DNA of 64,000 nucleotides from Strigamia acuminata (Eukaryota): NCBI GenBank assembly GCA_949358305.1, contig OX442314.1, positions 682,001 to 746,000 of the forward strand, read 5' to 3'. Shown piece by piece: positions 35,240 to 46,073 of this stretch (position 1 is its first letter; each line of letters starts with the position of its first letter). The notes under the pieces were generated by a model. It saw only the letters and a program-made list of their open reading frames with translations, ran no database searches and was not told where the DNA came from. The position numbers and the translations under genes were made by a program.

Positions 35240-38200
35240 AATGGTGACAATAGTTTTAAGCCCGAATTTAGGCAAAAATCGGTGCCTGTGAATGTTGTGA
35301 CATGGCAGGACGAGGAAGATGACGGAGTGCCCCCCGACTCGTGGGATGTTTTTCATGTTGAGCAAACAGAAAAAAGATTTCCCTCATTTTGGGCTGCGCT
35401 TCAAATTTGCGGCCGTGCTTGGCAATTTCAGGTTGATTCGGGCGCGGAGAGGTCACTCGTGTCATGGGCGCAATTCGCGTCGCTTGCGGGGGCGGGTGGG
35501 TGTTTTCCTGCCCTCCGCAGGTCAGACGTGACGCTCAGGGCGTACGCAGGCGCGCCGATTGCCGTGTTTGGGGAGGTGTCGTTGGCTGTGAGTTATCTGG
35601 GATTTGAGGGGGAGGTGGATTTTTTAGTAGTTGAGGGCGAGGGGCCCAATTTGTTGGGTAGGGACCTCATTGGGCGTTTGGGCATGAAAGTGGAAGAGCA
35701 AGTGGTGGACTCAGCCCCGGTTGGTCAAGAGTTTGTGGAAGTGCATCAATCAATTGATGCAAGTGCCGAGTCACAATTGGCAGCCCTGTTGGAAAAATTT
35801 GCAGAAATTTTTGAGGTCGGGTTGGGGGCATTTGATGGGCCCCCAATTGATTTAAGAATGCGGGCAGAGGTTACGCCACGATTTTTCAGGCCCCGCCCGG
35901 TCCCAATCCCTCTCAGGCCCCTCGTGGAGAAAGAGATTGACCGGTTGGTGGCAGAGGGGATCTTTACCCCCATCACTTTTTCCGAGTGGGCCACACCTTT
36001 GGTGGTCGTGAGGAAAAAGGATGGGGGGGTTCGCCTTTGCGGCGATTACCGATCCACCATCAACATCGCCATCGAACCGGATCCGTTTCCCCTCCCCTCA
36101 ATCGCAGATATATTCGCACAAGTGGGGAGAGCCACGATATTCTCAAAGCTTGATTACAGACACGCCTACCAACAGTTGAAATTGTCCCAGAAATCCGCGA
36201 TTATAGCAGCGGTGAATACGATTAAAGGCCTAATGGCCGTAAATCGTTTGCCCTTCGGGACTATTAGCAGTAGCGGGATATTCCAGAGAACAGCCGAGGG
36301 AGTTGTGGCAGGAATCAATAAAATTTTCGTCTACCAAGACGATATTTTGATTGCCACAATCACGGTGGAAGAACACCTGGTGATTATCGCGCTAGTTTTC
36401 GAGAGGTTGTTTAAGAAAAAACTTCGTTTGTGTCGCGCGAAATGCGTCTTTTGCGTAACATCTATCGAGTTTTTGGGGTTTCAACTGGCGCATGGCGGCG
36501 TTTCCCCGTTACCCGAGCGAGTAAGGGCCATCACCGAGATTAAGGCCCCAACAGAAGTGACCCAGGTCAAGTCTTTTCTCGGCCTGATCAACTTCTACGG
36601 CCAGTTTGTCCAGGGTTTATCGACGATGGCAGCGCCATTGTACGCGTTGCTTGTCAAGGGGCAGCCGTGGATGTGGTCGAAAACGCAGGAAAGCGCGTTT
36701 AATCGCATTAAACAGGCACTTGTGTCGGCTCCCGTTTTAAAATTTTACGATTTGAGTCAACCTGCCGTTGTTGTGGCCGACGCGTCCCCAGTGGGGGTGG
36801 GGGCGGTGCTGGCCCAAGTGGGCACCGATAACAGAGAGTGGCCGGTAGTGTATGCGTCGCGCTCCTTGTCATCTGCTGAAAGGAATTATGCGCAGATTGA
36901 CAAGGAGGCGCTGGCCATCCTGTTTGCAGTGAAAAGGTTCCACCAATACATCTGCGGACGCCATTTCTCGATTTATACGGACCATCGCCCGTTGCTGGGT
37001 ATTCTCGGGAGGAATCGCCCAATATCTAATATAATCGCGCCGAGGATGTTGCGCTGGGCTTTAGCTTTAGCTTGTTATGATTATGAGCTGATGTATCGAA
37101 AAGGCGTGGATGTTTCCAACGCCGATGCATTAAGCCGCGCGCCAGTTGATCCACCATTAAATGTGAAAACTAATATTTACACCTTTTTAACAGAACTTAC
37201 TTTGGAGAGCTTGATCGCAAGGCAGGAATTGGTGTTGGCCACGGGCAGTGACCCGGTTCTGCGCGAGGTGATGCGGATGGTGAGGTCGGGCGTGTGGACT
37301 GCTGCTGGTGACAAGAGCGAGTTTCAGCCTTATAAAGATCGGTTTTTTGATCTGTCGTTGGACGCTGGCGTGGTCGTTTGGGGAGAGAGGTTTGTCGTGC
37401 CCGCGACGCTCGTGCGGCGTGCGCTGCAGTTGCTGCACGATGGGCACGTCGGCATCGTGTCGATGAAGGGCCGTGCGCGAGCCGCGTTTTGGTGGCCGAC
37501 GGTCAACGCTGATATCGCCGCGCACTGTGCTGCATGTGAGACGTGCAAACGGCTGGCCCCCATGCCGCCTCGCGCGCTGCCGGTGAGTTGGCCGCGTGCT
37601 GCTCTCCCCTGGGAGCGAATCCATCTGGACTACGCCGGGCCCCTGCTTGGCAAGATGATTTTAATAATCGTCGACGCTCTATCAGGGTGGATAGAAGTAC
37701 AAGCAGTTGCTTCTGCAACCAGCGGCGCGACAATTGCGGTTTTGCGGCGTTTGTTCGCCGACTTTGGCTTGCCGGTCACGGTCGTGTCGGACAACGCCAC
37801 GTGCTTTACGTCGCGCGAGTTTCGTGATTTCTTAGAAAGAAACGCTGTGTCGCAGCTCTGGTCACCACCATTTCATCCGCAGAGCAACGGCCGGGCGGAA
37901 CGCGCGGTGCGCGAGTTTAAAGACCGATTGGCGAAGATTACCAGCGGTAGTCTGGACGTCCGGATTTCGCGCGTGTTGTTTGCGCATCACACTTCGGTAG
38001 GGGGAAGGGATGGTCTAACCCCCGCCCACAGATTTCTCGCGCGTCCGTTGCGCACACATTTGCATTTGACCAGGGCGAGTGCCGATCATGTGGTCAGCGC
38101 CCCTGAATTGGCGGAAATCAGTAGGAGAAATTTTGCAGAAAATGACATTGTATGGTACAAAGTGTTCCCGGCGACAACAAAGTTGTGGAGAGCTGCAGTG

Positions 38201-38995
38201 GTTCTCAAAAGAAAGGGAGCCGTGATTTACGAAGTACGTGACGTGGAAACTCTTGTGGTGCATGTTAGGCATATAAATCAGCTGCGTGCACGCGTGTTGA
38301 CGAGGGCAGCCACCGGTGGTCCTGCAAGGAGTGTGGTGTCACCGCGGGACCAGCCGGGCGAGGGGAGCTCGCAGGCCAGGCCGGTGGTGGACGAACAAGT
38401 TGAGGAACAGTGGATGTTATTTCTTGACCCGCCCCGTGTGGTGGTTCACCCACCATCATCATCATCATCCGAGGAGGCGGCGCAAGGTCAAGTCGTAAAT
38501 ATCATAAATGACAATTTATTTGCAGAAATTGAACAGCACCCAATTGAGGAGTTGGTGGCAGAAATTGGCGTACAGCAGCCTGGCGAGGTGTTGGTTGTCG
38601 AGGAGGACAGACAACAGCCCGCCGTTAATCCGAAAGACGGTGCGATCGTGGTCGACCGTAGGCGACTGAGTGTGTGCCTCGAGAGGATCGACGATTTGCT
38701 GCTCGCAAGAACGCCAGATCCGACAGCTGAGAATGACGTGGCACTCGCGGATGACGTTGGAGACACTCAAGCTGGCGTTGCGGGTGCCCGGAGCTTTGTG
38801 GAGTTTCATTTACCTGAGTCGGACAGTAGTGGGTCGAGCGACGACGTCGCGTCTGATGAGCATGCAGAAGCTCCGTCGACATCTCGGGAGCACCCGCAGA
38901 GAGCTCGCCGACCCCCCGAGAGATATCGAGACCCGAATGTCCAAGTGTCCATGCCAGTTAAGAAAAAGCGGAAGAAGAACCCCAAACAAGCATGA
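35240..38995 (+). CDS. pol: Retrotransposon Pol (protease, RT, RNase H, integrase)
   Basis: VDSGA protease, YQDD RT, ADAS/TDHRPL RNase H, HHCC plus D-D-E integrase; frame open from the gag stop. Confidence 0.95.
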   Translation, partial: NGDNSFKPEFRQKSVPVNVVTWQDEEDDGVPPDSWDVFHVEQTEKRFPSFWAALQICGRAWQFQVDSGAERSLVSWAQFASLAGAGGCFPALRRSDVTLRAYAGAPIAVFGEVSLAVSYLGFEGEVDFLVVEGEGPNLLGRDLIGRLGMKVEEQVVDSAPVGQEFVEVHQSIDASAESQLAALLEKFAEIFEVGLGAFDGPPIDLRMRAEVTPRFFRPRPVPIPLRPLVEKEIDRLVAEGIFTPITFSEWATPLVVVRKKDGGVRLCGDYRSTINIAIEPDPFPLPSIADIFAQVGRATIFSKLDYRHAYQQLKLSQKSAIIAAVNTIKGLMAVNRLPFGTISSSGIFQRTAEGVVAGINKIFVYQDDILIATITVEEHLVIIALVFERLFKKKLRLCRAKCVFCVTSIEFLGFQLAHGGVSPLPERVRAITEIKAPTEVTQVKSFLGLINFYGQFVQGLSTMAAPLYALLVKGQPWMWSKTQESAFNRIKQALVSAPVLKFYDLSQPAVVVADASPVGVGAVLAQVGTDNREWPVVYASRSLSSAERNYAQIDKEALAILFAVKRFHQYICGRHFSIYTDHRPLLGILGRNRPISNIIAPRMLRWALALACYDYELMYRKGVDVSNADALSRAPVDPPLNVKTNIYTFLTELTLESLIARQELVLATGSDPVLREVMRMVRSGVWTAAGDKSEFQPYKDRFFDLSLDAGVVVWGERFVVPATLVRRALQLLHDGHVGIVSMKGRARAAFWWPTVNADIAAHCAACETCKRLAPMPPRALPVSWPRAALPWERIHLDYAGPLLGKMILIIVDALSGWIEVQAVASATSGATIAVLRRLFADFGLPVTVVSDNATCFTSREFRDFLERNAVSQLWSPPFHPQSNGRAERAVREFKDRLAKITSGSLDVRISRVLFAHHTSVGGRDGLTPAHRFLARPLRTHLHLTRASADHVVSAPELAEISRRNFAENDIVWYKVFPATTKLWRAAVVLKRKGAVIYEVRDVETLVVHVRHINQLRARVLTRAATGGPARSVVSPRDQPGEGSSQARPVVDEQVEEQWMLFLDPPRVVVHPPSSSSSEEAAQGQVVNIINDNLFAEIEQHPIEELVAEIGVQQPGEVLVVEEDRQQPAVNPKDGAIVVDRRRLSVCLERIDDLLLARTPDPTAENDVALADDVGDTQAGVAGARSFVEFHLPESDSSGSSDDVASDEHAEAPSTSREHPQRARRPPERYRDPNVQVSMPVKKKRKKNPKQA

Positions 38996-39201
38996 GCTTG
39001 TCTGAAAGTCTGCAGAAAAGATTACTTGTTCTTTTGTAAATTAGGCGGATAAGTAATGTTAAAGTTTGGTTAATTAATGAAAAATGTATATGTTAAAATT
39101 TTGGTTAATTAAGGAAATTTAGATGTCAAAGTTTGGTTGTTTGTGAATCAAATAGTTTATTTCTGTTTTGAGAATTTGGTGTCACAAACTGGGGGGAGTA
39201 A

Positions 39202-39404
39202 TGTTGTGTACCTAAACTATTTGATTGTTACAATAATGATTGACACATGTAATATAAATTAATTGTTGTTGCGGTTGCCTAGGCAGCCATTCACAGAATA
39301 AATCAGTATGTGCAAATGAGTGAATAAGTGTACATGTGTTGTCTTGCCGTCCCGATGGGACAGGCTTATTTTAGGAGATGAACTGTTTGGCTTGGAATGC
39401 TAAA
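39202..39404 (+). repeat. 3' LTR
   Basis: Immediately after the polypurine tract; identical to the 5' LTR. Confidence 0.9.
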
Positions 39405-40271
39405 AAAAAGCTACTTCAAATTTGATTTGAAGTAGGAAGTAAAGCAATGCAGAAAGCTTACTTCCAGCCAATCAGGAACAGTCTCAATCTCGCGAGAAGG
39501 TTAGACTAAACGAGACTCAACGAGACTAAATTCGCCGCCATTATTAGCAACGTTTTTATTCGTTATTCGCGACGGTTTAGCAATGTTTTCGCGAAATATT
39601 CGCGATGTATCTTTATTCGTAATTCGCGACGTGTTTGCGACGTTTTCGCGAGGTATTTTTATTTATTATTCGTGACGTTTTCGCGACGTTTTCGCGAAAT
39701 GTTCGCCAAACATCGCCCGTATTCGATTGCACAAATGCGGGCGATGTTCGCCTGCATTCAGTTGCACAAATGCGGGCGATGTTCGGCAGCATTCGATCGC
39801 TCAAATGCGGCCGAACATCGGCCGCATTTGATTCCGCAAATGTGGCGGAACATTGGCCGTATTCAATCGCGCAAATGCGGCCGAACATCAGCCGCATTTG
39901 TGCAATTAAATGCGGCCGAACATCGGCCGCATTTGTGCAATCGTATATGGCCAAACATCGCTTTGACGAGGCGCGCAGGGAGGTAAAAAAAAAACACAAA
40001 CACCCACACTAGAAATAAAAATTTAGAAACACTTTTAGTTCTTATATTTAAAAGTTTTACAAAAAAGTTCAATCACAACATTGGATAATCCTTATTTTAA
40101 CTTCAAACAAGTGTGAACACACTTGCGTTACCTTACTTCTACTTTATCTGAGCTTACTTTACTTTACCTTACTTTACTTCCAAGTGTGAACCCACCTTAA
40201 GGGCCGGCTATTTCCCCACACAATATGATTACAATGTTTTGCCGAATATGCCGTAAGTAGGTTAGGTTATA

Positions 40272-40712
40272 CTCTTTCCACACTGAAAATACCCCCCTGG
40301 AAGCTTGGCTCCTATTGGCCTAATCTGATCACTCAGAACTGCAGTTGAACTACTGCTATGAGAAAAAGTAGTTCCCTTTGATTTTGAGTCTTTTCCTGAA
40401 TAATAATGGTTGAAATGATGTACATTTAATGTTATTGTGTAATAAAATATGTTTTCTAGTTTAAAAATAAAATTTTATGTTGTTTTTAAATAAAATGCAT
40501 TTATTTTAATTTTATTGCTTGCTATGTCTGAAGAGCAAACAATTTCCAAACAATGTGAAATCGATTGCAATGTCTGTACTTCTATTTATATCTGTATGTC
40601 TGTGTAATACACTTCTGGTGTTTTGGGTCTTCTTTTTGTATCAGTACACAAGTGAAATGGCTTGGTCAATGAGAGCCAAGCTTCCAGGGAGGTATTTTGA
40701 GTGTGGAAAGAG
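40272..40712. mobile_element. TA-flanked MITE with about 50-bp TIRs
   Basis: CTCTTTCCACACTGAAAATACC...GGTATTTTGAGTGTGGAAAGAG. Confidence 0.75.
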
Positions 40713-41187
40713 TACCGGTATAGCTATTTTTAAAAAAAACAATCTCAAATGCACGCAATAATGCTCGTAGGCTTCGAGGCATGAAAATAGTTTTCGACGT
40801 TTTCAACTTAGGCGGCTTAAGCAACAAAACTGTCATTACTTCGTCGTTTACACCGCCTAAGTTGTCCGCAAAATCAGTGAAACTCGATTAAAAGAGTTCT
40901 TGGAGCAAGTATCACCCGACTTTGTCGACTTCTTGTTCAAGTGGGCATTGGTCGACGACTCTCACAAATTAGTTACATGTTTGGACTCGTTTCTAAAGCG
41001 GAGGACAATTGGTGTGAAGAACACAAGTGGTCCTCCGCGCCGGACATTAGTTTATCTTCCTGGAAGTGCGTGCTTTTCCCTGGAAATAGGGGTCGTACGG
41101 GTTGCATTTCGTACTCCGTGTACAAATTTGACGGTTTGTGTCGGTTGGCAAGCAAAACGTGCGGCATACAGGAGAAAGACGACAATT

Positions 41188-41689
41188 ACCATGTTTACAT
41201 GTACTAACTTATCTAGATAAGTAAAAATGCGAAATTTACTTTTCTGGAAAACTGCATGCATTTACAAAGAATCAGTTTTCTAACAAATGTGACGTCATAT
41301 GACATATTTAACTCTGTTAAACTTGCGCATTAATCATCCACAATGTACTGTGCACAAACAACATGTCCAATATCAAACTTTAGCATAACAATAACATAAT
41401 AATATTCATTTCTCGGATGATTTCTAACATTTTGGCTCCATTTTGGCGCCATGTTTTTAAACAGTTGCATCACAGCGTTGTTGTGACGTCAGCTTTTCTA
41501 GATAAGTAATGAGTGTGTTGCAAATGACAATGCGCATAACACCCAAAATCTACCTGAAACAAGTGGATTTTAGTTTTCCAGATAAGTTTGACTTTTCTGG
41601 AAAACTGATTTCTTTACATGATCAGTTTTCCACAAAAGTAAATTTCGCATTTTCACTTATCTAGATAAGTGAGTACATGTAAACGTGGC
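41188..41689. mobile_element. MITE with long TIRs
   Basis: CCATGTTTACATGTACTAACTTATCTAGATAAGT... inverted at 41635-41688. Confidence 0.7.
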
Positions 41690-41729
41690 AAATGTGAGGG
41701 TTTTGCGAAGTATGTTGCATCAGACATTT

Positions 41730-42206
41730 CGTCTTATGGTTCAACTGGGAGTGGTTTTGCTTAGGGAGAAGTATTAAAATGGAAATAGGGGTCAATAAAT
41801 ACAATCCCCCTGTAATACCGTTGTAACGTTTCTGTAAGTTTCTACCATGATGGTATTTGGAGATAGGATCTCCTTCTGCAACTCCTTCTGGTTCTTCGAC
41901 TTGTGCTGCAACAAATTGTGTAACGATAACAACAAATGATTTTATAAACTTCCTTGATTGCCAACGTTATTAGACTAAAATTTGACAGCTTTCAGGAATA
42001 TTCAAACATTAGCCTTGAAACATTAAACCTTAGAATGTACACTTTGTTTTCCTCATTCCTGATTGCAAAATTTGTACAATAAATGAAGGAGGAAACACAT
42101 CTTGCGTGTAGTTATTTCACTATAAAAGTATAATACATTTGTTTCAGTAATTTATTAACGCAAGAATGTCAGACCAGCTATTTATCACTATTTTGAGATA
42201 AAAATT
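41730..42206 (-). pseudogene. Inverted decayed peptide-family paralog FVVIVTQFVAAQVEEPEGVAEGDPISKYHHGRNLQKRYNGITGG...ISILILLPKQ
   Basis: Reverse-complement homolog of 33215-33572; no in-frame ATG before the upstream stop. Confidence 0.6.
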
Positions 42207-42935
42207 AAACGAAGAAATATTCGCACTTCATTAAATTTATTTTTAAAAAATCATATGAATCTATCTGAATCCCATCCGAATCCCATGAATCTATCCGAAT
42301 CCTACGAATCCCATCCGAATCTTTCGAATCCCAAACCGAATCCCAAAAATACCTGAAAGATTCGAATCTCTGACAGGCAGATTCTGATTGTCGCCCCCCT
42401 TGGGTCAACCCCAGTTTGGGGTTCCAACTCGGTGCCATCCTAAATGGACGCCGAATAAGAACCGTCAAAGGGGGCGTCGTGTTTTGTCTATGTATGTCAA
42501 TGTGTATGTCTTCGGTGTTTAGGGAAAGTTTTATTTAGAATTTAGAAATACAGAATTTAGAAATCTAATTTTGATCTCAAAATATGGTAAATAAACGGAC
42601 AAATTTTGTAATCAGGAAAGGTAAAGGTAAAAGGCGACAATTTTGATGACCGTGATTGTACATTCCAAGGTTAAAAGAGCGAATGTTTTGAATATGCCTA
42701 AATTGCTGTAGAAATGTAGAAAGTGTAGGGAAAAGGCGACAATGTTTATGACCGGGATTGTTTTGCTTTGAATATTCCTGAATTGCTGTCAAATTTTACT
42801 CTAATAAATTTGACAATCAAGGATCTATTTGAATAAAATAAATTCAACTACTTTCCTCGCGCTATTGTCACAATCAGCTTTAAATAGCGAACAGAATGAG
42901 TGCAATGCAAACCATATCTCAACTATTCTACAAAC

Positions 42936-43239
42936 ATGAAGCTAGTTCTGTTATTACTTTTAGCATTCGTTGTTGTCGTCGCTGTACAAAACGATCCTCC
43001 ACCCAAAAAAAAAAACCCTCTTGCACCCACCGAACCAAACGATCCTTATCCCATAAGAACTCTGGAAGGAGAAATAAGAAAACCTGATGATAAGGTTATT
43101 ACAAAAATTATACCTAAAAGACCTCGCCCGACAAAACCTACCACTATTAAAGGTGAGTTTCATTAAAATAGTCATTAAGCATTTTGATTAATCATAAACG
43201 TTTATTTGTTTTTGTTTAGCGCCTGTTGCAGGAGGCTAA
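42936..43239 (+). CDS. Nested secreted peptide gene B, 78 aa (exons 42936-43152, 43220-43239): MKLVLLLLLAFVVVVAVQNDPPPKKKNPLAPTEPNDPYPIRTLEGEIRKPDDKVITKIIPKRPRPTKPTTIKAPVAGG
   Basis: Paralog of A with the same intron position and UTRs; AATAAA at 43358. Confidence 0.85.
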
Positions 43240-43708
43240 ATTATGTTCATTCGATTTGAAACAAACAATTTTTGTTCATGTGTTATTAGCCATATTACCT
43301 ATCCTGATTGGTCAATGTTTATTGACCAGTTATGTATATGTCATTACTTTAAACTTGAATAAAAACTTGTTAGTTAACCATTGAACTGATCAGTCGTTCA
43401 TTTATTCATTCCTGATAACACCGTAGCACGACACCACCACCAAACCATTTTCGCCAATGCAGTACAGCAAAGTCACCAACGCAAATGCAAGGAGCGCCAA
43501 TGCAAATAGCAGCAAACAACCACAAATGACAGAAAAATACCGTAAATGACCAAAAAATAAAGAAAAAGACCGAAAATGTTGCGTAAAATAACGATTCAAC
43601 ACTGCAAAATAGTGATAAATAGCTGGGCTGACATTCTATTCTTGTTTGGTGCATTTACGCATCTTAAAATGCATTTTTGCACTTATTTTGTGCATTTCTG
43701 CATCTAAA

Positions 43709-44288
43709 TGTGAAACACAAGGGATTGGGTAAAATTTAAAAGCTTGCTTTTACTTGAAAAAGCGGCTAAAAACTCTCCCGCTTGAGCAAACACAAGCTTG
43801 CGTTTTAATTCAAAGCTCTGTTTTGAAGCGAGCTTGTACTCACCTGCTCCGATCAAACTGAGTTTGATTTACCAGCTTCAAGCTTGCTGGTGTTTTATTC
43901 ATGTGACTTTGACAGCCAATTAGAATCGTGAGGAAATTCTTGGAGGAAATTTTGGCGGGAATTTCTGGCAGCCAGCTAAGTAGCTATACTCAAAACCACC
44001 ACAACGTTGACCTATTCCAGCCGGTTTACGCCTAACTGTGTACTGTGTTCTACTACGTGGAAAAGTAGTTCTATTCCTTTGACAATGAAACACTTTTGTT
44101 GATCGATCACAATGTCTGGAGTTCTTTACAAATATGGTGTTATGAGCTACTTTTTTGTGCCACTACACCAGTGATACGGCTCGAACAATAGGTCAACGTT
44201 GTGGTGGTTTTGAGTTATACCTACATAGCTTGAGTTTGCCAGACGGTAGCAAGCTTTGGAATTTTACCCACTCCTTTGTGTTTCCACC
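43709..44288. mobile_element. MITE (GGTGGAAACACAA end, TTAA) with a nested 29-bp-TIR element at 43988-44215
   Basis: Inverted ends gaaacacaaggg..gggtaaaatt; inner ACTCAAAACCACCACAACGTTGACCTATT inverted pair; related end at 33573. Confidence 0.6.
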
Positions 44289-44385
44289 TTAAGACAGCGA
44301 TTTCATGTATTTCTGCTGATTCTGCACCTAAAACTGCATTTGTGTTTTTATTTTGAGCATTTCTGCATCTAACATAACATTTTCG

Positions 44386-45115
44386 CAGTGTTGTGTGCGT
44401 TACTGGAATTTGTTAACTAGTTACCATTACCGTTACTTGGCAAAAAAAGTAACTAGTTACCAACCGTTACCGTTACATTTTTTATACCCACGTTACCATT
44501 ATCCTTACGTTATAGTTACATTACCGTTATCCTTACGTTATCGTTACATTACCGTTACGTTACCGTTACATTTGCAAAAATTTCCCCTTTCAACTCTTTC
44601 GGTTTTACATGTGATTTTTTAGTTTATTTTTGTGAGTTGAATAATGGGGGACAGAAGGGTTTATAAAACGGAATTGTTCGGATAATCGAACATTAGGTTT
44701 AAGCACACATTGCTGCATATACAAATAAAAGTTATTAAAAATTTGTTAAAAATATTAGAATTGACCAAAAATGGTTAAAAACTTCAAAAAACATTAAAAA
44801 CCAATTAGGAATAGGTGAAAATCATAAGAAAACATTTAAAACAGACTAGAAATAGGTGAAAGTCGTCAAAAAACATTAAAAATTGATCAACCAATCAATC
44901 AAAAAATTCCCTACTGCTGTTCGAATAACCGATTGTTTGTTGTTTCTTCGTAACGGTAACGTAACGTTCAATAAACGTCCGTTACTACAAAAAAAGTAAC
45001 GAATTACCGTTACCGTTACATGGCCAAATTAAGTAACGCGTTATCTTTACAGTTACGTAACGGTAACGTCGTTACCAGTAACGCCGTTACTGTAACGGTA
45101 ACGTGCACAACACTG
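44386..45115. mobile_element. hAT-like MITE
   Basis: TIR CAGTGTTGTG, exact 8-bp TSD CATTTTCG, subterminal GTTAC/GTAAC arrays. Confidence 0.85.
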
Positions 45116-45794
45116 CATTTTCGTACTTTTTTCGTGCATTTCTGTATCTAAAGTAGCACTTTCGAGAACTTTTGTACATAAAACTGCATTTATGTCCTTC
45201 AACTCCGCACGTCCCATTCAGGCAACTCCAAATTGTGCCTGTCCCATGAACCCGTGTCCCAACTGACAGGTGAACCCCAGTTTAGGGTTCCAACCATCCT
45301 AAATGGACGCCGAATAAGAACCGTTGAAGGGGACGTCGTGTTTCGTCTATGTATGTCAATGTTATGGTACCGCAAAGTGCGGGGTTGAGTTAAGCCTCTT
45401 TGGTGTTTAGGGAAAGTTTTACTTAAATTTTAGAAATAGAAGTTTACTGATCTAATTTTAATCTGAAAATATGGTAAATAAATTAAAAGTGAGACATGTC
45501 TCCTCTTACTTGTTAGGTGAAGGCTCAACATTTGTTTCCTTTATTGCACAAATTTTGCAATCAGGAAATATAGAGGGAAAAGGCGACAATTTTTATAACA
45601 TTTCAAGGTTTAAAAGAGTGAATGCTTTGAATATTCCTGAATTGCTGTCAAATTTTACAATAATATATTTGACAATCATTGATCTATTTGAATAAAATTA
45701 ATTGAACTACTTTCCTCGCGCTATTGTCACAATTAGCTTTAAATAGCGAACAGAATGAGTGCAATGCAAACCACATCTCAACTATTCTACAAAC

Positions 45795-46073
45795 ATGAAG
45801 CTAGTTCTGTTATTACTTTTAGCATTCGTTGTTGTCGTCGCTGCAAAAAACAATCCTCCACCCAAAGAACCAAACGATCCTCGAGCCAAGCAAACTCAAG
45901 AAGGATTAATTTACCCAGATGATAATGATAAGGTTATTACAGTGATCATACCTAAAAGACCTCGCTGGACAACACCTACCACTGAAGGTGAGTTTAATTA
46001 AAATAGCCATTAAGCATTTGATTAATCATAAACCTTTCTTTGTTTTTGTTTAGCGCCTGTTACAGCAGACTAA
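45795..46073 (+). CDS. Nested secreted peptide gene C, 70 aa (exons 45795-45987, 46054-46073): MKLVLLLLLAFVVVVAAKNNPPPKEPNDPRAKQTQEGLIYPDDNDKVITVIIPKRPRWTTPTTEAPVTAD
   Basis: Paralog of A and B; same intron; three AATAAA at 46094-46113. Confidence 0.85.

Larger units (their letters stand above)
34013..39404 (+). mobile_element. Full-length Ty3/gypsy LTR retrotransposon (possibly Mag-like)
   Basis: Identical 203-bp LTRs, PBS TGGCGCAG at 34217, PPT GGGGGGAGTAA at 39191-39201, flanking duplication AAAAAG, domain order PR-RT-RH-IN. Confidence 0.95.
33915..40196. mobile_element. TTAA-flanked non-autonomous TIR element hosting the LTR element
   Basis: TIR GGTTGGTTCACACTTG / CAAGTGTGAACCCACC (15/16), TTAA on both sides. 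Confidence 0.75.

Noticed and set aside
39700..39965. CRISPR-like or REP-like array
   Set aside because: Linkers are only about 8 nt and mutually similar, there are no cas genes, and the context is eukaryotic
40760..41185. Short overlapping ORFs in a moderately GC-rich patch
   Set aside because: No recognisable domain or splice structure; probably a TE remnant
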